DNA from: Catajapyx aquilonaris | Lineage: Eukaryota | DNA length: 64,000 bases | NCBI GenBank assembly: GCA_000934665.2 | Contig: KZ538224.1 | Location: forward strand, 248,001 to 312,000 | Reading direction: 5' to 3' | Shown here: positions 27,653 through 41,200 of the stretch, one piece after another | Layout: every line of letters begins with the position of its first letter | Numbering within the stretch: position 1 is the first letter of the stretch | Position numbers and translations under genes: made by a program | The notes under the pieces: generated by a model | Databases searched by the model: none | What the model was told of the DNA's origin: nothing | The model's input: only the letters and a program-made list of their open reading frames with translations

Positions 27653-28697
27653 CAATTCTGAATGTCAATACAGTCTCGATAATCCGAACAGGTGTCCGGA
27701 TAAGCGGGAATCCGCATTTTCTAAAAGATACGCCCAAGATAGACGTAAGAGATACACCTGCTGAATCCTATATAGCCCTTATGCTAATGTATGCATTGCC
27801 CGAACTTACTCTCCCTGGTTGTGCTCTGTCCTTTATTGCTTAGCCCATGCACATTCAGGCAGTGCCTAAATGAATAGCTCAGTTTCTGTACAGTGTTGCA
27901 ACCTCCTCCTTAGGTCTCCAGGTCCGTTACATCAGATTATGCCCGTTTAGAGGCGGGCTTAAAATGCAGAGTGATGCTCTGTTTTCCCTGTGAGACGCGG
28001 ATGACATTCATGGCCCTTCCCTTTCCTCGTGGCTTTTATAGCCAGGCATGATGACTTCGCTTTGCAAGTTGTGGTGGATCGTAAAAAGGACCTACCCCCC
28101 CCCCTCCCTCCCTTTAAACCCTTCTCCCGCTGTACCTCCCAGGCTCTCGCAGAAAAACGGCGATATAAAACGGTCTCCTTTGAAGTCCAGACTGTTCAAA
28201 TTGGGGCTCGGACTCGAGGAAAGCTAGATACGGGCCCCCCCGCTCGAAATCAGAAACAATTAACCGCCTCGCTTTTTTTGTGTGTGTTATTTTTATTGTT
28301 AGAAATGTGTAGCTCCCGCTTTCTGATGTAAAAGTGTCTGGAATCGAGCGATTTATCGGTAGCAACCCAGGAAAATTACCGCGTCTGGGCGTGCCAGCCC
28401 TGCCTGCAAAAATCGGTCCAGAGCGTTTGAATAGCCCGCTTCCCTCCCTCCCTCCCACCCTCATCTCTCTGCGAATATTTCGCAACACGCTATAGCTTGG
28501 TATAAAAGCAGCGCCTTTTGTCGCGGCGGGCGAGCTGGAGCCGGCCCCATATATCTGCGGAAATATATGCCTTCAGGCCCCGACGCGCAGTCTGCGGGAG
28601 GCAAAAACAAGGAAGAATGTATATCGCACCGGAGAAACACCGACCGAAATATAACTGGCTCTCCTTCCCCGCACTTGATGTATATTTCATTTGTATA

Positions 28698-28988
28698 CTA
28701 GCAGGGGACCCGTTCTTCGCACGGCGGCGATTGATAAATAACCTACAATAAATCTGTGCCACAATTGCAGCGGATGAGACACCAAACATCATAAGAAATA
28801 TAAAATTCTAAATTTGGGGCATTTAGACTTTAAGAAAACTGCAGTTTTCGGACTGATTTCTCAATCAGCGGTAAGACGTAAGTGTGCCAATTTTCAGCAC
28901 TCTCAGTACTCTGAAAGGGCGCTAGGTAGCCCTAGCCGTAACATACATAAATATCAACAAACTTTCTGCTTTATATAATTATGTAAGC
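28698..28988 (-). mobile_element. Non-autonomous Helitron, family A copy 2
   Basis: The minus-strand 3' end is CCGTGCGAAGAACGG (hairpin)-GTCCCCTG-CTAG|T, a canonical Helitron terminus. The 5' end (g)CTTACATAATTATATAAAGCAGA matches copy 1. Confidence 0.8.
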
Positions 28989-29330
28989 TTGAACGAGTAG
29001 TGATAAAACTTGGCAACACTGCCCTGCTCGCCCCTCCATTAGTACGCTTTCTCGCTACCAGGTGGCACATGCGGTCGTTTTTCGATATCCAGCGACCGAT
29101 TCGGCGCCCCGTCGCGGTGGAGGGAACGGGTGAGTGGGTGGAGAAGGGGCAAGGGTCGATGTGACGGGTGAGACAGCTCACGACGTTTACATGCCGCCAG
29201 TCAGCTTGCAACTGACTAGGTCCTCCCCCCATTGCGCAGGCGCAGAACGAGGCCAATAGTAAGCGTTGCGTTAACAATATCCGGAGGGCCAATCGGAAGC
29301 CTCGGTCGAAGATTTTAATATTATTGTAGA
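28989..29330 (-). mobile_element. Helitron-like element, family B (5' module X with GTTGCCAA-type 3' module), abutting family A copy 2
   Basis: The minus strand starts A|TCTACAATAATATTAAAATC, shared with 18982. 29005-29070 is shared with 52605-52678. The terminal CTAG is missing. Confidence 0.65.
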
Positions 29331-31807
29331 TTTTTGTGATTTATTAGGAATCTTGAAATATAGACACTGTATAGTAGGAAATGGCTCTCTAAGTAGGACC
29401 CGTGTCGCAGCTGGCTTCCAGTACAGGGTGTGCCAGTGACTTTGAGACGCGATCAATCCGAGGCGTTGCTGCGGTTGCAAATCTGCATCCCCCCTAGGTC
29501 CCCCGCGTTGTCCTGTCAAGCTACAAGAGTAGGATGGTAGCAAGAGGAGGGAAGGGGGGGGGGACAAGCTCTGGAAATCCCAAAGGGGGGTCCCTTCCTT
29601 TTTACCTCAACCCNCCCCCCCCCCCGCCCGATGTTCTCCGACGGTATGAATTATGGATTTCATCGGGTCTCTCCCCCCCTTTCTCTCTCCGTGTGATGCT
29701 CCGGATCCGCAGGCCTCTAATTCAGTTATCCGGACCCTGCGCCGCGGGGATTTTCGCCATCAGCCACTGACGGGGGGGCCAAAAGGAGAACCCGGAGAAC
29801 TTTTGGAAAACGAAAACATGAATGCTACGGGGGACTCCCAAAATGTTGCGCAGAAGCTGTTCAGAAGATATCACTCAGCTGATATACTTTCCGCTCTTAG
29901 GAACACTAATGCTTGCTCTAACGTTGACATGTAATCTCGGTAATTGGCTCATGGCTCCGGAGTAGATCACTGAACACTGAAAGTACTAGTTAGCGTCGGA
30001 ATTACAAAATTAATTTAATTGATTAATCGAATTAGATTAAACTAATTAAAACGAAATACAAGACTATTCGTGTAATTTATAAATATAGTTCAATTTATTT
30101 CAATAGGAAATTAATTCAATTGCTAGGTTATGAATCAGCAGCAGCAGCAGCCAATATCCCCCTCGCATATATGGTCGTCGGGACTAATAGAGCCGTAGAG
30201 AGGATTATGAATTATTCCGATTCCGCTTCCCAGCAGAAACAATGCTTACACACATGGACTGTCGTGATGAACGGGCCACGGTTACTCGGGAGCCAATTTA
30301 TGTAATTACGGTCTGCTATCATGCGAGTGAACGACCCAACCGCGGTTAGTGTGTGCGGCCGGTGCGTGATGCGGACTCTCCATAATACTACAAATGGACG
30401 CGAGTATAATCTTTTTTTGCCGAATGGGAAAACCTCAGAACCAAACGAGTGGTTTTAGAGACGGCTTTCAACAACTTCTAAATAAATAACTGGCAGATAA
30501 GAGATAAAACGAGCCCAATATGTTGTGTTTCTCCAACTTTTAACGAACCAGCATTTAGACCTAAACGCAGTTTAGTATGGCAAATCAGACTAAACATTTC
30601 AGTTATAATGGAAATTGATATAAATAACTTATATGGCATTATACGTAGTTTGTATAATTTGTACATATTTCGACTATTTTCATTTTAAATATTATATGCT
30701 TGTTTTAATATTTACATTCGGTTATAAAATTTGCATTATGTTCATATTTCTAATCAAATCTGGGCAGACATTCACAATAGCCTACAGATTCTGAGATTTT
30801 GTCATTAAACGGAGTTGACAAAACTGTCTCCTAGACTTGTAGACACCTAACCAGTAGTTATCTTACGACTCGTGTAAGTTAAAAAATGAGGAGAAACCTG
30901 GCATGAGGCAAGTCTGGCTGCAAGAGTAAAGAGCAATTAGGCAGGGAGGCTGGGAGTCCCTTGTACCTTTACCCGCATCCCATTTATTCCCCCGGTTTTT
31001 GTGTGTTGTTGGGTTGGTGTTGGATACGACGCGGAGTTGGGGTTTTGATCGATCCAGAGAGAACCTTGTGTGGTTTGTTGTGTACTTGGACGGCGCCCCG
31101 GACTGCTTTTTACAACCTTCGCCTGACCCGTGTAGTTGTTGCATGTTCAACCACGCCCCCATACAGCCACATCATGGCACTATTGCTAGGGAGGGAGTAG
31201 GGAAGATCATTCACTTTAGACTCTCTCGGCGAGGGTTCTTTATATATACGTACGCGTATATCACACGGTTGTGACGGAGCATTTCTTGTTCTCATTTCAC
31301 GCTGGAGAAAAAGGGGTCGCGCTTTAAAAGCATTGTTGCAGAACGTTTCCTCTTATAGGTTTATGTAAAACAGCAGCTACGTGCATGCCCACTGCGAATG
31401 TGTCGCAAATTTAGCCGCTACTAGGCCATTTCCGCTATTTGAAAGGCCTAAAATAACGCTTCCAACTGTGATGCCCGAGAAAATAACTCATACCAGAGAA
31501 TCGTGTAAAACTGTAAATATAGCTCTTACGAGAGAACTGTGAATATCTGATGCTGCAGAACTGAGTTAATAGCTGCTGATACAAGCCTAAACGGGATTAA
31601 AATTAAATTTTTCGTAAGTACGGATCTACGTAAGTCGAGACTACGTGAGTTGAGGAATGCCTCCAAACTTACGTCCATGTCAACTAACTGCTACTATATA
31701 GACTTATAGAGTAACCAAGTAAAATAACTGCCACCACTGTAAATATATGTATATCCTCAATACCTGTCATTAAATTAAGTACGATAACTGCGAATGTAGC
31801 TTACATA

Positions 31808-31994
31808 CACTGTAAACCTCAAAACATTAAAAGAGCATCACTGACTAGACTCCCATGGAACATCAATTTTTAATGCGCTTGTGATGCATTTTAGCAATAA
31901 AAAGCATCGCAAGAGTATTAGAAGAGCATTAAAAATCGATGTTCCATAGGAGACTCACCAATGATGCTCTTTGAATGTTTTGCGATTTACAGTG
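31808..31994. mobile_element. Palindromic MITE with CAC...GTG termini and TA TSD
   Basis: TA|CACTGTAAA...TTTACAGTG|TA, with ~70-bp imperfect inverted arms (CAAAACATT.AAAGAGCATCA...ATGGAACATC.ATTTTTAATGC) and an inner inverted pair. Confidence 0.85.
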
Positions 31995-34071
31995 TACCTT
32001 TGCTTAGGACACTCTTAGGCAGGTTTTGTTCATAGGAGTTGACTTTTTGAAGTTAGTCTTTTTTTCCAACCAACAGCAACACCTTCTGATCACCAACAAT
32101 GCACAAAGTTAAGTTCCATCTCTCTCAAAAATAAAAACCCTTCGCTCCATCCCACCCCCCAAAATGTTCCAGGAAGTCATCCGTTCGCATTAATTCCTGA
32201 AAGGATGGAAAGGCAATTTCCCCACGAATAATCTCGGCCAGATTGCGGGGGTTGGGAGGACGGCATTTTAATTTGAAATAAACACGGCATAAATCATCAA
32301 GTCCTGCAGCAGCTTCAGGGTCCGCCTCCTCTCCCTTTCCAACCATTTCAGATCCTTCTTTTCTGTTGGGAAGCCTGTCCACACACACACAGTTCTTGAG
32401 CAGTGCAAGGAAATGGGGTCGCGACTGATAAACTGGCTCCAGGACTCCATAAGAGCCGCGTTTTGGACGTGATCTTCGTTATGCAAAGGAGCCACCCCCC
32501 ACCCCTCCCTTACCCTAAAGAGAGGAATGGCGAGGAATCCGGCAGCCTAATTTCCGTGGCTCCTGGCATTCACTTCCGAGCCAAGGCGTGCTTCACTCGA
32601 ATTCTACCCGATAAAGTCCCCTCCCCCTGCTCTATATAATTTTTTTTTTAAAAAAAACGGAGAAGAGGGGGGGAGCATGAATAATAACAAAAATTTAAGC
32701 TCGATCCAATGTGCTCATTTTCTCTCGATGAATCGTATTAAAGCGGACGTATCAAGTGCAAATGAGCTCTAAGTGCGGTTCTATGGGAGCGCAAAATCTG
32801 GGCAGTTTCTTATCTGAGTCGGCACCTTCGCGTGCTCGGATTCACTTAAAGGAGCTAGGCTGCGACCTCGCAAATCTTCTCGTGACCTGCAATTACTAAG
32901 GGAGGTGGGGGAGAGGCGATTTTTTCCCCCTCACCCTACCTTCTTTCCTGGGACTATGATGACAGCCACGTGACCAGCAATTTGTAGCCAGATGTGTTTC
33001 CTAATTATCAGGGGATTCAGTCGTGACTGGAATTGAATGCAACGCGATTGTTGCACACCTGACTCTCTCCCAAAAAATATTTGGTGCCCTTATATTTTCG
33101 TCTTATGTTGTCTTGAGAAGGAAGTATTGTTGAGGACTATCTGATCATCGGATTCCAAATATGGGGTTGTATTATGAGCGACTGACTTTCCTTTTCATCT
33201 TTTTTTTTTTGACCCTGCCTACAAATCATTCTCGAGGTGACAGTGACGAGGTGACACCGGCCCTGAAACAATCGGTTTCTCGACACTTTTGTTGCGGGTC
33301 GTAAACGGGGCCCTTCCATTCACCAGGCTTCATTTGCATTTCCAGCCTTTTGTCATGCACCTACTGGGAAGTGACATGCACTTCAACAACCAGTCTGGCT
33401 CAGTGGGGGTATCACTCACAGGGTGTCGCACAGATGAAGTGTGCAACACCCTGTACCACAAGAAAGGAAGGTTTGGAAGGGCCCGAAGTACACAAGGCGA
33501 ACAAAAGTGTTGGAAGTGGGATTTGTGAAGCAGTAAAGTGTCCCCTCTCGTTAGGGATTTTTTCGGGGGGAAAGGAGGGGTAGAGACCAGAAAACGTCTC
33601 TAAAGCAGAAAAGGAAAAGAAGAGAACATGGGGGTGGCGCAAGTGCCTCATTAGATCAAGCTCGCAATGATTTGGATGGGGGAAAGACAGAAATGGTTCA
33701 AAAGAGGGGATTTACTTGCAAAGGGTGGGGGGGGGGGACAGCCACTTTTGCAGGGTGGGTTTTGTCCCTTTGTGGTATTTACTAGGGCGAGTTGTATAGT
33801 GGGAAACCCTGTGAGAGATCAGAAGTGTCTGATTTATCCGGTGTGTTCAGCAGCTTGTACCAGGCACGTTGGTCGCATTCAAAGAGGGAGACGATGATGA
33901 TGGAGGGGGTCGACACACTTGGGGATCAAAGATTCGCTACAAGGGCCGAAAAATTCGCTCAACATCTTTTGTGCTGAACAAGTGATTCGATTCTGCTAAA
34001 TATCCCTGTATAGGGATAGGCAACAAAATAAGCAAATTTATGGAAGAGCGCTACAGAAATTAAATTAAACA

Positions 34072-34286
34072 TCTTTCTCCTAAAAGTCATATTCTCTCCG
34101 TCGGATGTTTGTCCACCTGATAGTATCACTATCTCTCGCTCGACCTGATGGTGGCAGGAGTGTCCAGAGAGAGTATGCGACATCTGTGGGTGAATAATAG
34201 TACTACGTGGTAAATCGGCGGGTCATCTCATTAAAGTTGTTTGATTGTCATTGTAATTTTGCCAAGTTTAGGCAAGGGTTCACGAG
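34072..34286 (+). mobile_element. Helitron-like element, family B (5' module Y)
   Basis: Starts A|TCTTTCTCCTAA...TATTCTCTC, as at 48107. Ends with a TTGCC-aagttta-GGCAA hairpin and then ...CGAG|T (degenerate CTAG). About 170 bp are colinear with 35029-35215. Confidence 0.6.
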
Positions 34287-35016
34287 TATTTCATAATTAT
34301 TGCATAATCGCACAACTAAGTAGAGTCCTGTTGGCTTGTTAAATACAATAATATTTTGGCTGGGTGCGTTGCAGCTTATCGAGCCCGGATTAGCCGAAAA
34401 ACCGGGCCGATACACCGCATGATAATTTTCCGGGCCTCCCGAAAAAAAGCGCTTGGAAAATTATGAAGTCTGCTGAGCGATGTGAGCAGGGCCTGGGATC
34501 CAAATTACCGACATATTGATAGGCCTTTTTTTACGCAGAAATGTTAGTCAATTATTCAGCGTAGGGGGGCAGTCCTGGCCCCCATCTACTCTCATTCATC
34601 AAATCCTTCATATTTTATATCACAATGTCAATATATGTCAGCAGCGCACGAAAACCTCCAGGATAAAACGGGGAGTAAAGAGAATATGAATATTTCACCA
34701 CCGAACTACAAGTGCGGCTAATTTTATGGCAGGTAGTTTTGATCCGGCTTGGTCTGGTGCAATGGCCATATCTCAACCTCCGGGCGAATTTTCCGCCAAC
34801 ATGTTGTTGCAAAACCAGGGTTGAGCCCTGGAGCACACGGAACATTGCGCTTCCAACCGCAACTCTACCCACTGCTAACAATCCACGCCATTTAGGATAA
34901 CATGTGCTCTTCAACACCCAGCTTGCCCTGCTGGTTGCCACCTTCGTGAAACTTCTCTCGGCAGAGAACGATGAAGATTTATTGGAAGGAATTTACCAGC
35001 CCGAGATGTGGCGACA

Positions 35017-35232
35017 TCGCAGCCTCGTTATTCTCTCCGTCTGATGTTTGCCCGACCTGAGAGTACCACTATCTCTATCACGACCTGAGGGTTCCAGGAG
35101 TGTGCAGATGAGTATGGGACATCTATGCGTGAAAAATAGTACTACGTGGTAAATCGGCGGGCCATCTCGTTAAAGTTGTTTGGTTGTCACTGTCACACTG
35201 CCAAATTTTGCCAACGTGTTCATGCACTATAG
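35017..35232 (+). mobile_element. Second nearby copy of the same Helitron-like element
   Basis: Direct repeat of ~34090-34265, sharing AATAGTACTACGTGGTAAATCGGCGGG.CATCTC.TTAAAGTTGTTTG. Has a degenerate TGCCAAATTTTGCCAAC hairpin. The ends are approximate. Confidence 0.6.
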
Positions 35233-38200
35233 TTTTGCTACAACTGCTTTATGCATCTGTTTCCTTTTTAATGACAGTTATTTTAATAATTACAACTGAT
35301 TTTCTAGCAACATTATTCGTCTCAATCCCTATTATAACAAATTTTCTGCTCGCAGTTGTTAGTGTTATTTATTGCCAATTTGGGGATGTGCATAGGAAAC
35401 TATTCCTTCACAGCACCTGTGCGTGCCTGCAGACGGCCTATAACGTGCCTTGTAGCACTAAAGTAAACATCGGGCCGACCTTTGCATAGACCAAAAAAAG
35501 GAGCAAGAGTAACGGGAGAAGCATGCAATCCCAAATTATTGATACGTTCTGAGAAATTTGGGAGCCCGAAATATTCGCCCCAGAGATAACGCACGTGTGT
35601 GTGTGCACATGTATGGCTGTATATCTCGTGTGTCTCAAGTAATGTCATCACGATATAGCCCCCCCCCCCCCCATAAAATATCGAGTGGAATTGCACCATA
35701 CGATTTTACAACCTTTTTCTTATACTATTGGAGCTCGTCTCACATAACCGGACGATAAAAGTCTATGAAATAGTAGGTACGAGGAACAAGGTAAGCGGGA
35801 ATTCTCCTAATTCCCTTAATGGATCCTGGAAGACTACGCCCCATGAGCTATCGATGGTTATCTCGAGCCCTAAGCCAGCAGCAAGGGGGTTGGGTCAAAA
35901 CCCTCTTCTTGCCCAGTTCATTTGATGCAATCCCATCGATCGTTTAGAAGCTGGAGTTAACAACTAGCACTGACGCGATAAGTAAAGGAATTGCCCCTGA
36001 AACTCCAGCTATTGTTGCCGGGTGTGTACAGGGTGCTTCCTAAACACACCTTGAACCCTCGAAGTAATCTAGCGACGCGTCGCCTCCTCTCTCTGGCTTA
36101 ATGTCTAATCGAACTAGAAGCGGATTAGTATTGATCTGGGCCTCTAGGGAAGTTGAGATCTAATGGCTGGAAGGAGAGGTCCCCACAGTAACACGGGTCA
36201 GATTTCGGTTAAAGGGAGAAGTTGGACCTATACTCGCCGCTCTTTTTTTCCGTATTTAACTGGCGGGGAACTGCCGATACACTTTGTAAGGAACACCCGT
36301 CTCTCTTGGTAGTTGCCAGTAATTGCATTGGCCAATTCGTGAGGGGCCCAAGTGTGAGTGGTTGCTAACATTATGACTATAGGGACGATTGAAAGGGCTA
36401 CCACTGACGAAGATGATGGAAATGCTCTTCAACATTGACAATGTACAAGCACTGCTTCCTTGTGCAGACCTGCATGAAGAGCTAGATATCGTCCGGACAG
36501 TAAAACCAGCTCTCGAACCAGCTAGTGTATTATTCCAACATGCTGGTCCGCTACCTGAAGCATAACGCGATAAAAAATTATTTTTTTACCCCCTGGTATA
36601 TATACACGGGGCGTCAATTCTTGCAGTGCAGCAGGGCAAGCGGGCCCCTTTTGTGTTATAGTACAGGGGTACCATGATCAAAGCGACTCTCCGGGTTTCC
36701 TTCCACTCGCCTGGCTCGCTATGGCCCCCGCCTGCGACCCCCTGAGAGAGACAAGTGACCTGGCCCAACAATAGAGGGGGCAACGGAAAAGTGGCACTAA
36801 TTGGCAGGCCAGGCCGCGATTTGTATGCTAAAGAGCACGTGCATTTGCAAGAAGGCACTTCAAAAATTTTTCCATCCATGTGAGGGATATGGTGCGCCCA
36901 CAGTGTTGCCAAGTTTTAGCAAGTTGTGCACACACTTTACTACTAAGGCACGCCCTAAACTACACCCAGGCGACGACGCCCCTCTGGTAAAGCACAAATT
37001 GCAGACAGCCAGTTTCACACTGCACCCTCGGCAGTCGCTCAGATAAGCCTTGGATGGTCTTCCTTCCCGTAGCGAAGGATGCTCCAAACGGAGGGGATCT
37101 CAAGCTGGTTTATTAGTCGTCGGCTATCAAACGGAAACTATCAAGCCGCTATGAAGGGAATGAGCCAGCAAAATGGCCATGCCTTCAACCTAGGGAGCTC
37201 ACATAAGATTCGGAGAGTTTGGTCACACCCTGTAGTGTCCAGATGGTTCGAGCCAAAGAAGGCTTCTTTTCCCTCCCCGTTCCAAACTGTGACAAGCCCA
37301 CGTCATCGGCAATGCGTGCGTGTGTGTAAAGGAGCGGCAGTTGCCTACCGGGGTTGATTGTGCGGAGAAGAAGGCATCCGTCAGACTGACAATGAGAAGG
37401 GTGACGGGCCCCATTCATCACGATGCCCAAATCGGGGAGGGGTCAGCCTTTGATCCAGCTGCTCTTCATAGGGTGTCCACATGTGCAATTGATCCGGGAG
37501 GGGACAAGCGAAACAGGGTGAGTCACAAGATTTTGGTGCCCCTAGACACACGCGGTCGCATTTCCCTATTTTGTTCCAATTTGACCCAATGATTGACTCA
37601 CCCTGTGTTTTATGAGCGTCGATTACTGATCCGGCCCAAAAAAAGAGGCCCTTAGGCTGCAAACAAAATTGTTGTCGGTCCAATTAGCCGGGATCCCAGG
37701 CATGATTTTTAATTAGCAGTTCAACAATGCGTGCGGGTGTGTTTCACATTCGTCAACTATGTCGAAAAAGGATGAGGGGGTCTAGCGCTGTCCAAATCAC
37801 CGCCAGAATTAATATTGAAGCAATGGGGAGGGGGGGGGGGGATTTGTCCTAAATTTAATTAGGCTCCAGGTCCGGTCCCGGTCCTCTTTTGTGCCCCACG
37901 ATCGCACGTGTACCTTGGACCCCCCCAGATCAAACAATGAGAGAAAATAGGCTGTAACGTTGCCTTTTGTCAGACCACGACTTGGGCTCTGCCGTGCTTG
38001 GGCTGTAATGAATCTCCCCCCTACAGTTTAGTCGGCCTTGCTTTTAAATGTCTCTTTTGTTGGACTCTAGATTAGATTTCCGTGCCTCTTGCAGCCAATG
38101 AAAAACGGTTGATATTATTGCTGCATTTATCTGAGGAGCAAACCAGCCCCTTGAGACGCACCTGCAATGTTAAGCTTTTACATGCCAGACACTAGGTGTT

Positions 38201-41200
38201 GGAGGCTTTTAAAAAGAACCCCCCTTCCGCATCCTTAAATGCTTAACTTGCCGCGTGCATAAATCCTCGTCAACCTAAGCTACAAGTCTCACCATATTAC
38301 CAAGGAAGGTTTAAAGCAGCGATGCGAACCTCGCCAAGAGTCTGGGCAAAGGGATTTGTTTCTCTGCTCCATTAATAATGAGCTCCCTGGAAGTTGTGCA
38401 GGAAACGGCCTGGAGCCCTTGTGCACATAATAAATAAAATATGGCACTCGACTTAATCCCAGCTATTTAGTATGGGGTATTAATCGTGCAAAGTGGAGGC
38501 CCTCGCCATTCTGAAGGCGTTTTGTCTCTAATAAGAAGGTCTTATTTACATCTCCAACACTGGCTTGCATGTACCCGAGCATTACAGCTACGGCAGATAA
38601 TATTTTGCGAAATTGCGAGCACCTGGTAGCTGCGAAAACGGCAAATTTCTGGTGGTGACAGAATCGCTTAAAAGCCGTAATAATAGTCGCGACCTTGTTA
38701 CTTTTTCTTTTAAAAAAAAGTTGTAACTCGATGTGAAATTGCGAAAAATTATAATGGCGTACAAGCTCGTTGCCAAATTTCCATGCTTCTCACGAGAATT
38801 CTAATTTGCTTGAACAGCGGTCGGAATTAATTGAGTGGAAGCGAGTAATCTCATTTTCCTATGGATGAGACGGCAATCAATAAGCATCTGGTTAAATAGA
38901 CTTTCTCAACAAAAAAAAAGAGAGGGAGAAGAAACTTTTATATTCCGGAAAGTTTATTTTTTCTTCCAAATAGGATACGGGCTCGAAATATGTTCCTAAA
39001 ATTTATGCAGGATGTCCCCAACTTTTCGGAATCATTTAAGGCAATTACTGTATTTAGGGCACGCCTAATTGCATTTGGCATTATGTTATGACAATATTGT
39101 GTCATTGAAACTTGAGAGCCTATACAATTTTCTTCCAGTGACTTGAGTGAAAGAGTATAACAATATGTACCGTAACATAATAAAATAGTAATGGCATTAC
39201 TGCGCCCCAGCTGATGCAAAAAAAATGCGAACTTTGCTCCGCTCTCACTATTTTCAATCCACGGCTATCTCTACAGTATATACAGACATATTCAGAAATT
39301 CTGCAAAAAAATTGCGAGCCTATGTGCCGCTTGACTGTTATCCTGCTCACCGAGCTGAGTTGCGGTTATAAAGGCCCTTTGGTGAAGCAGAGAGAGCTGG
39401 AGAGAGAAAAAATGAGGCTGATAATCTCACGAAATGGTCCTTTCCTCCCGACGGCTCATCAAACAGCCTGAAGCAAATGTCTGCCATCCAGTCAAAAGCA
39501 GAGCTCTCTCTATGCGAGTTGTATCGTGCAGAACTCTATACAGAGCAGCAGAGGGGGCCGCATCTATACAGTGCTGTATATCCTCAGGGGCCTCCAGGCC
39601 ATTTTAAAATTGTGTGCAATCTAAACAAAGGCGGGTTTGGGCTTCAGAAAAGTACACTTCCAGACTCTGAAAACAACCTTTGTAAACCTCGCCATTTTTC
39701 TATTACTGCAATAATTGCATATGTTACATCATGATGCATGAGGTGGAAAAATTATAATCCTGGGCGTTAATACAAAAAATAATGTTCAGGAAGAAAAACG
39801 AGCGAATCGTTTCTATGAACTCACATCCAAAAATCATTCTTAGCTCTCTTTTCTGAAGCGTTTTCTGCTCTCTTATATTCTTTCTTCTCTATATAGCTTT
39901 TTTTTCCTCCAGCTGCATTTTCTTCCCTCTCTGTTTGAAGTACAGCACTATAAATCTTCTTTTTCGCTTTCTTAGTGGAGCAGACGAGAAGATCGAAAAT
40001 CGAGGCCATTTGATCGTCTTCGTCGAGTCCTTTTTGTCCGCCCCCAAATTCTTTTCTCGCTCAACTGTTGTGCACGTACGAGCCAGTCGATTTGCACGTC
40101 TTCGCTTCCCAGCATCCTCTTTTTTCTAAAAAAATAATAATACAGGGTGACTAGTCCCAAATACTTGGTAATGCAACGATATCAACAGCTGGGATGTTAC
40201 TAATGGATTGCGGCGGGTTTTCCCCGAGTTCGGTTTACTGCATCGTAATGGACCTCCCTAAATTACAGTTCCCCCTTTTTAATATCGATTCGGCCCAGTT
40301 TGAATGAATCAATTTCTTCCAAATAGGTGGACCTAAATGCCAAAATGTCATTGGAAAAGCCAGGTCTACACTGTGAAACTTGTTAGTAGGTAGTTGAAAT
40401 GTTGCAAATTACTGGGGGTCGTGGTTTTAGCGAATTTCCTGACCTGAAAGCCCGACTGTAATTCGGCAAAAGAGTGTAAATATTTTGCCAATAGGAAAGT
40501 GCTGTAATTGTTTCCTTTTCGTATAACCCGCTTCAAATATTACGGTACGTTTGATGCAGGATTTCCTATCAAAATTTCATTTATTTATGTAATTTGTTAC
40601 ACTATGCTCACTGTTAGTACATATTGTATTTTCCTCAACATCACAGTGCCAACAATACATTCTATCAATGTCAACAACAGGGAAACTAAATTAAATTATA
40701 ATTATTATATCAAAGACGAAACGGATTAAAATTATTGCCTATACAGTAGTAAATAAATTATTGCATTATTTTATAAAATGAAATGAAATGATTACGCTAT
40801 ATTGAAATATCAATATTACATCGTGTTACAAATTAACAAATTACAAAAATATTGCCTCGAAATTCAATTATTACATTAATATTTAACTGGAGAGTATTAC
40901 AGTTCGTTAAAGATAAATTAAACCAATTACGTAGTGATGACAGCATCCAAGTTTCATTGTCGTTCGACTCGATGAAGACGCGTAAGACTTGTAATTCTTA
41001 ACATCACGTTCGCACTTTCATTTTTGCTCAACACCGGAATAATTCGGGCTTAATTCAGCCATCACCGGAGGCCATCCCTGGCGCAACGTGGCGAAATTTT
41101 GCTCGTAGAAAAGGAGTCGCTCCAGGCAATGAGTGATGAGTCGTTACTTCTTCCCCCCAGTAATTAATTCGGAAGCAGCATCATCAGCAACGACTTGCTC

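Noticed and set aside
34090..35215. Hammerhead-ribozyme-like reading of the CCTGA-containing repeat pair
   Set aside because: No intact CUGAUGA...GAAA core with flanking stems; better explained as Helitron-like copies.
36944..36954. TAAGGCACGC, matching the 5' end of miR-124
   Set aside because: The match ends after 10 nt and no precursor hairpin is evident.
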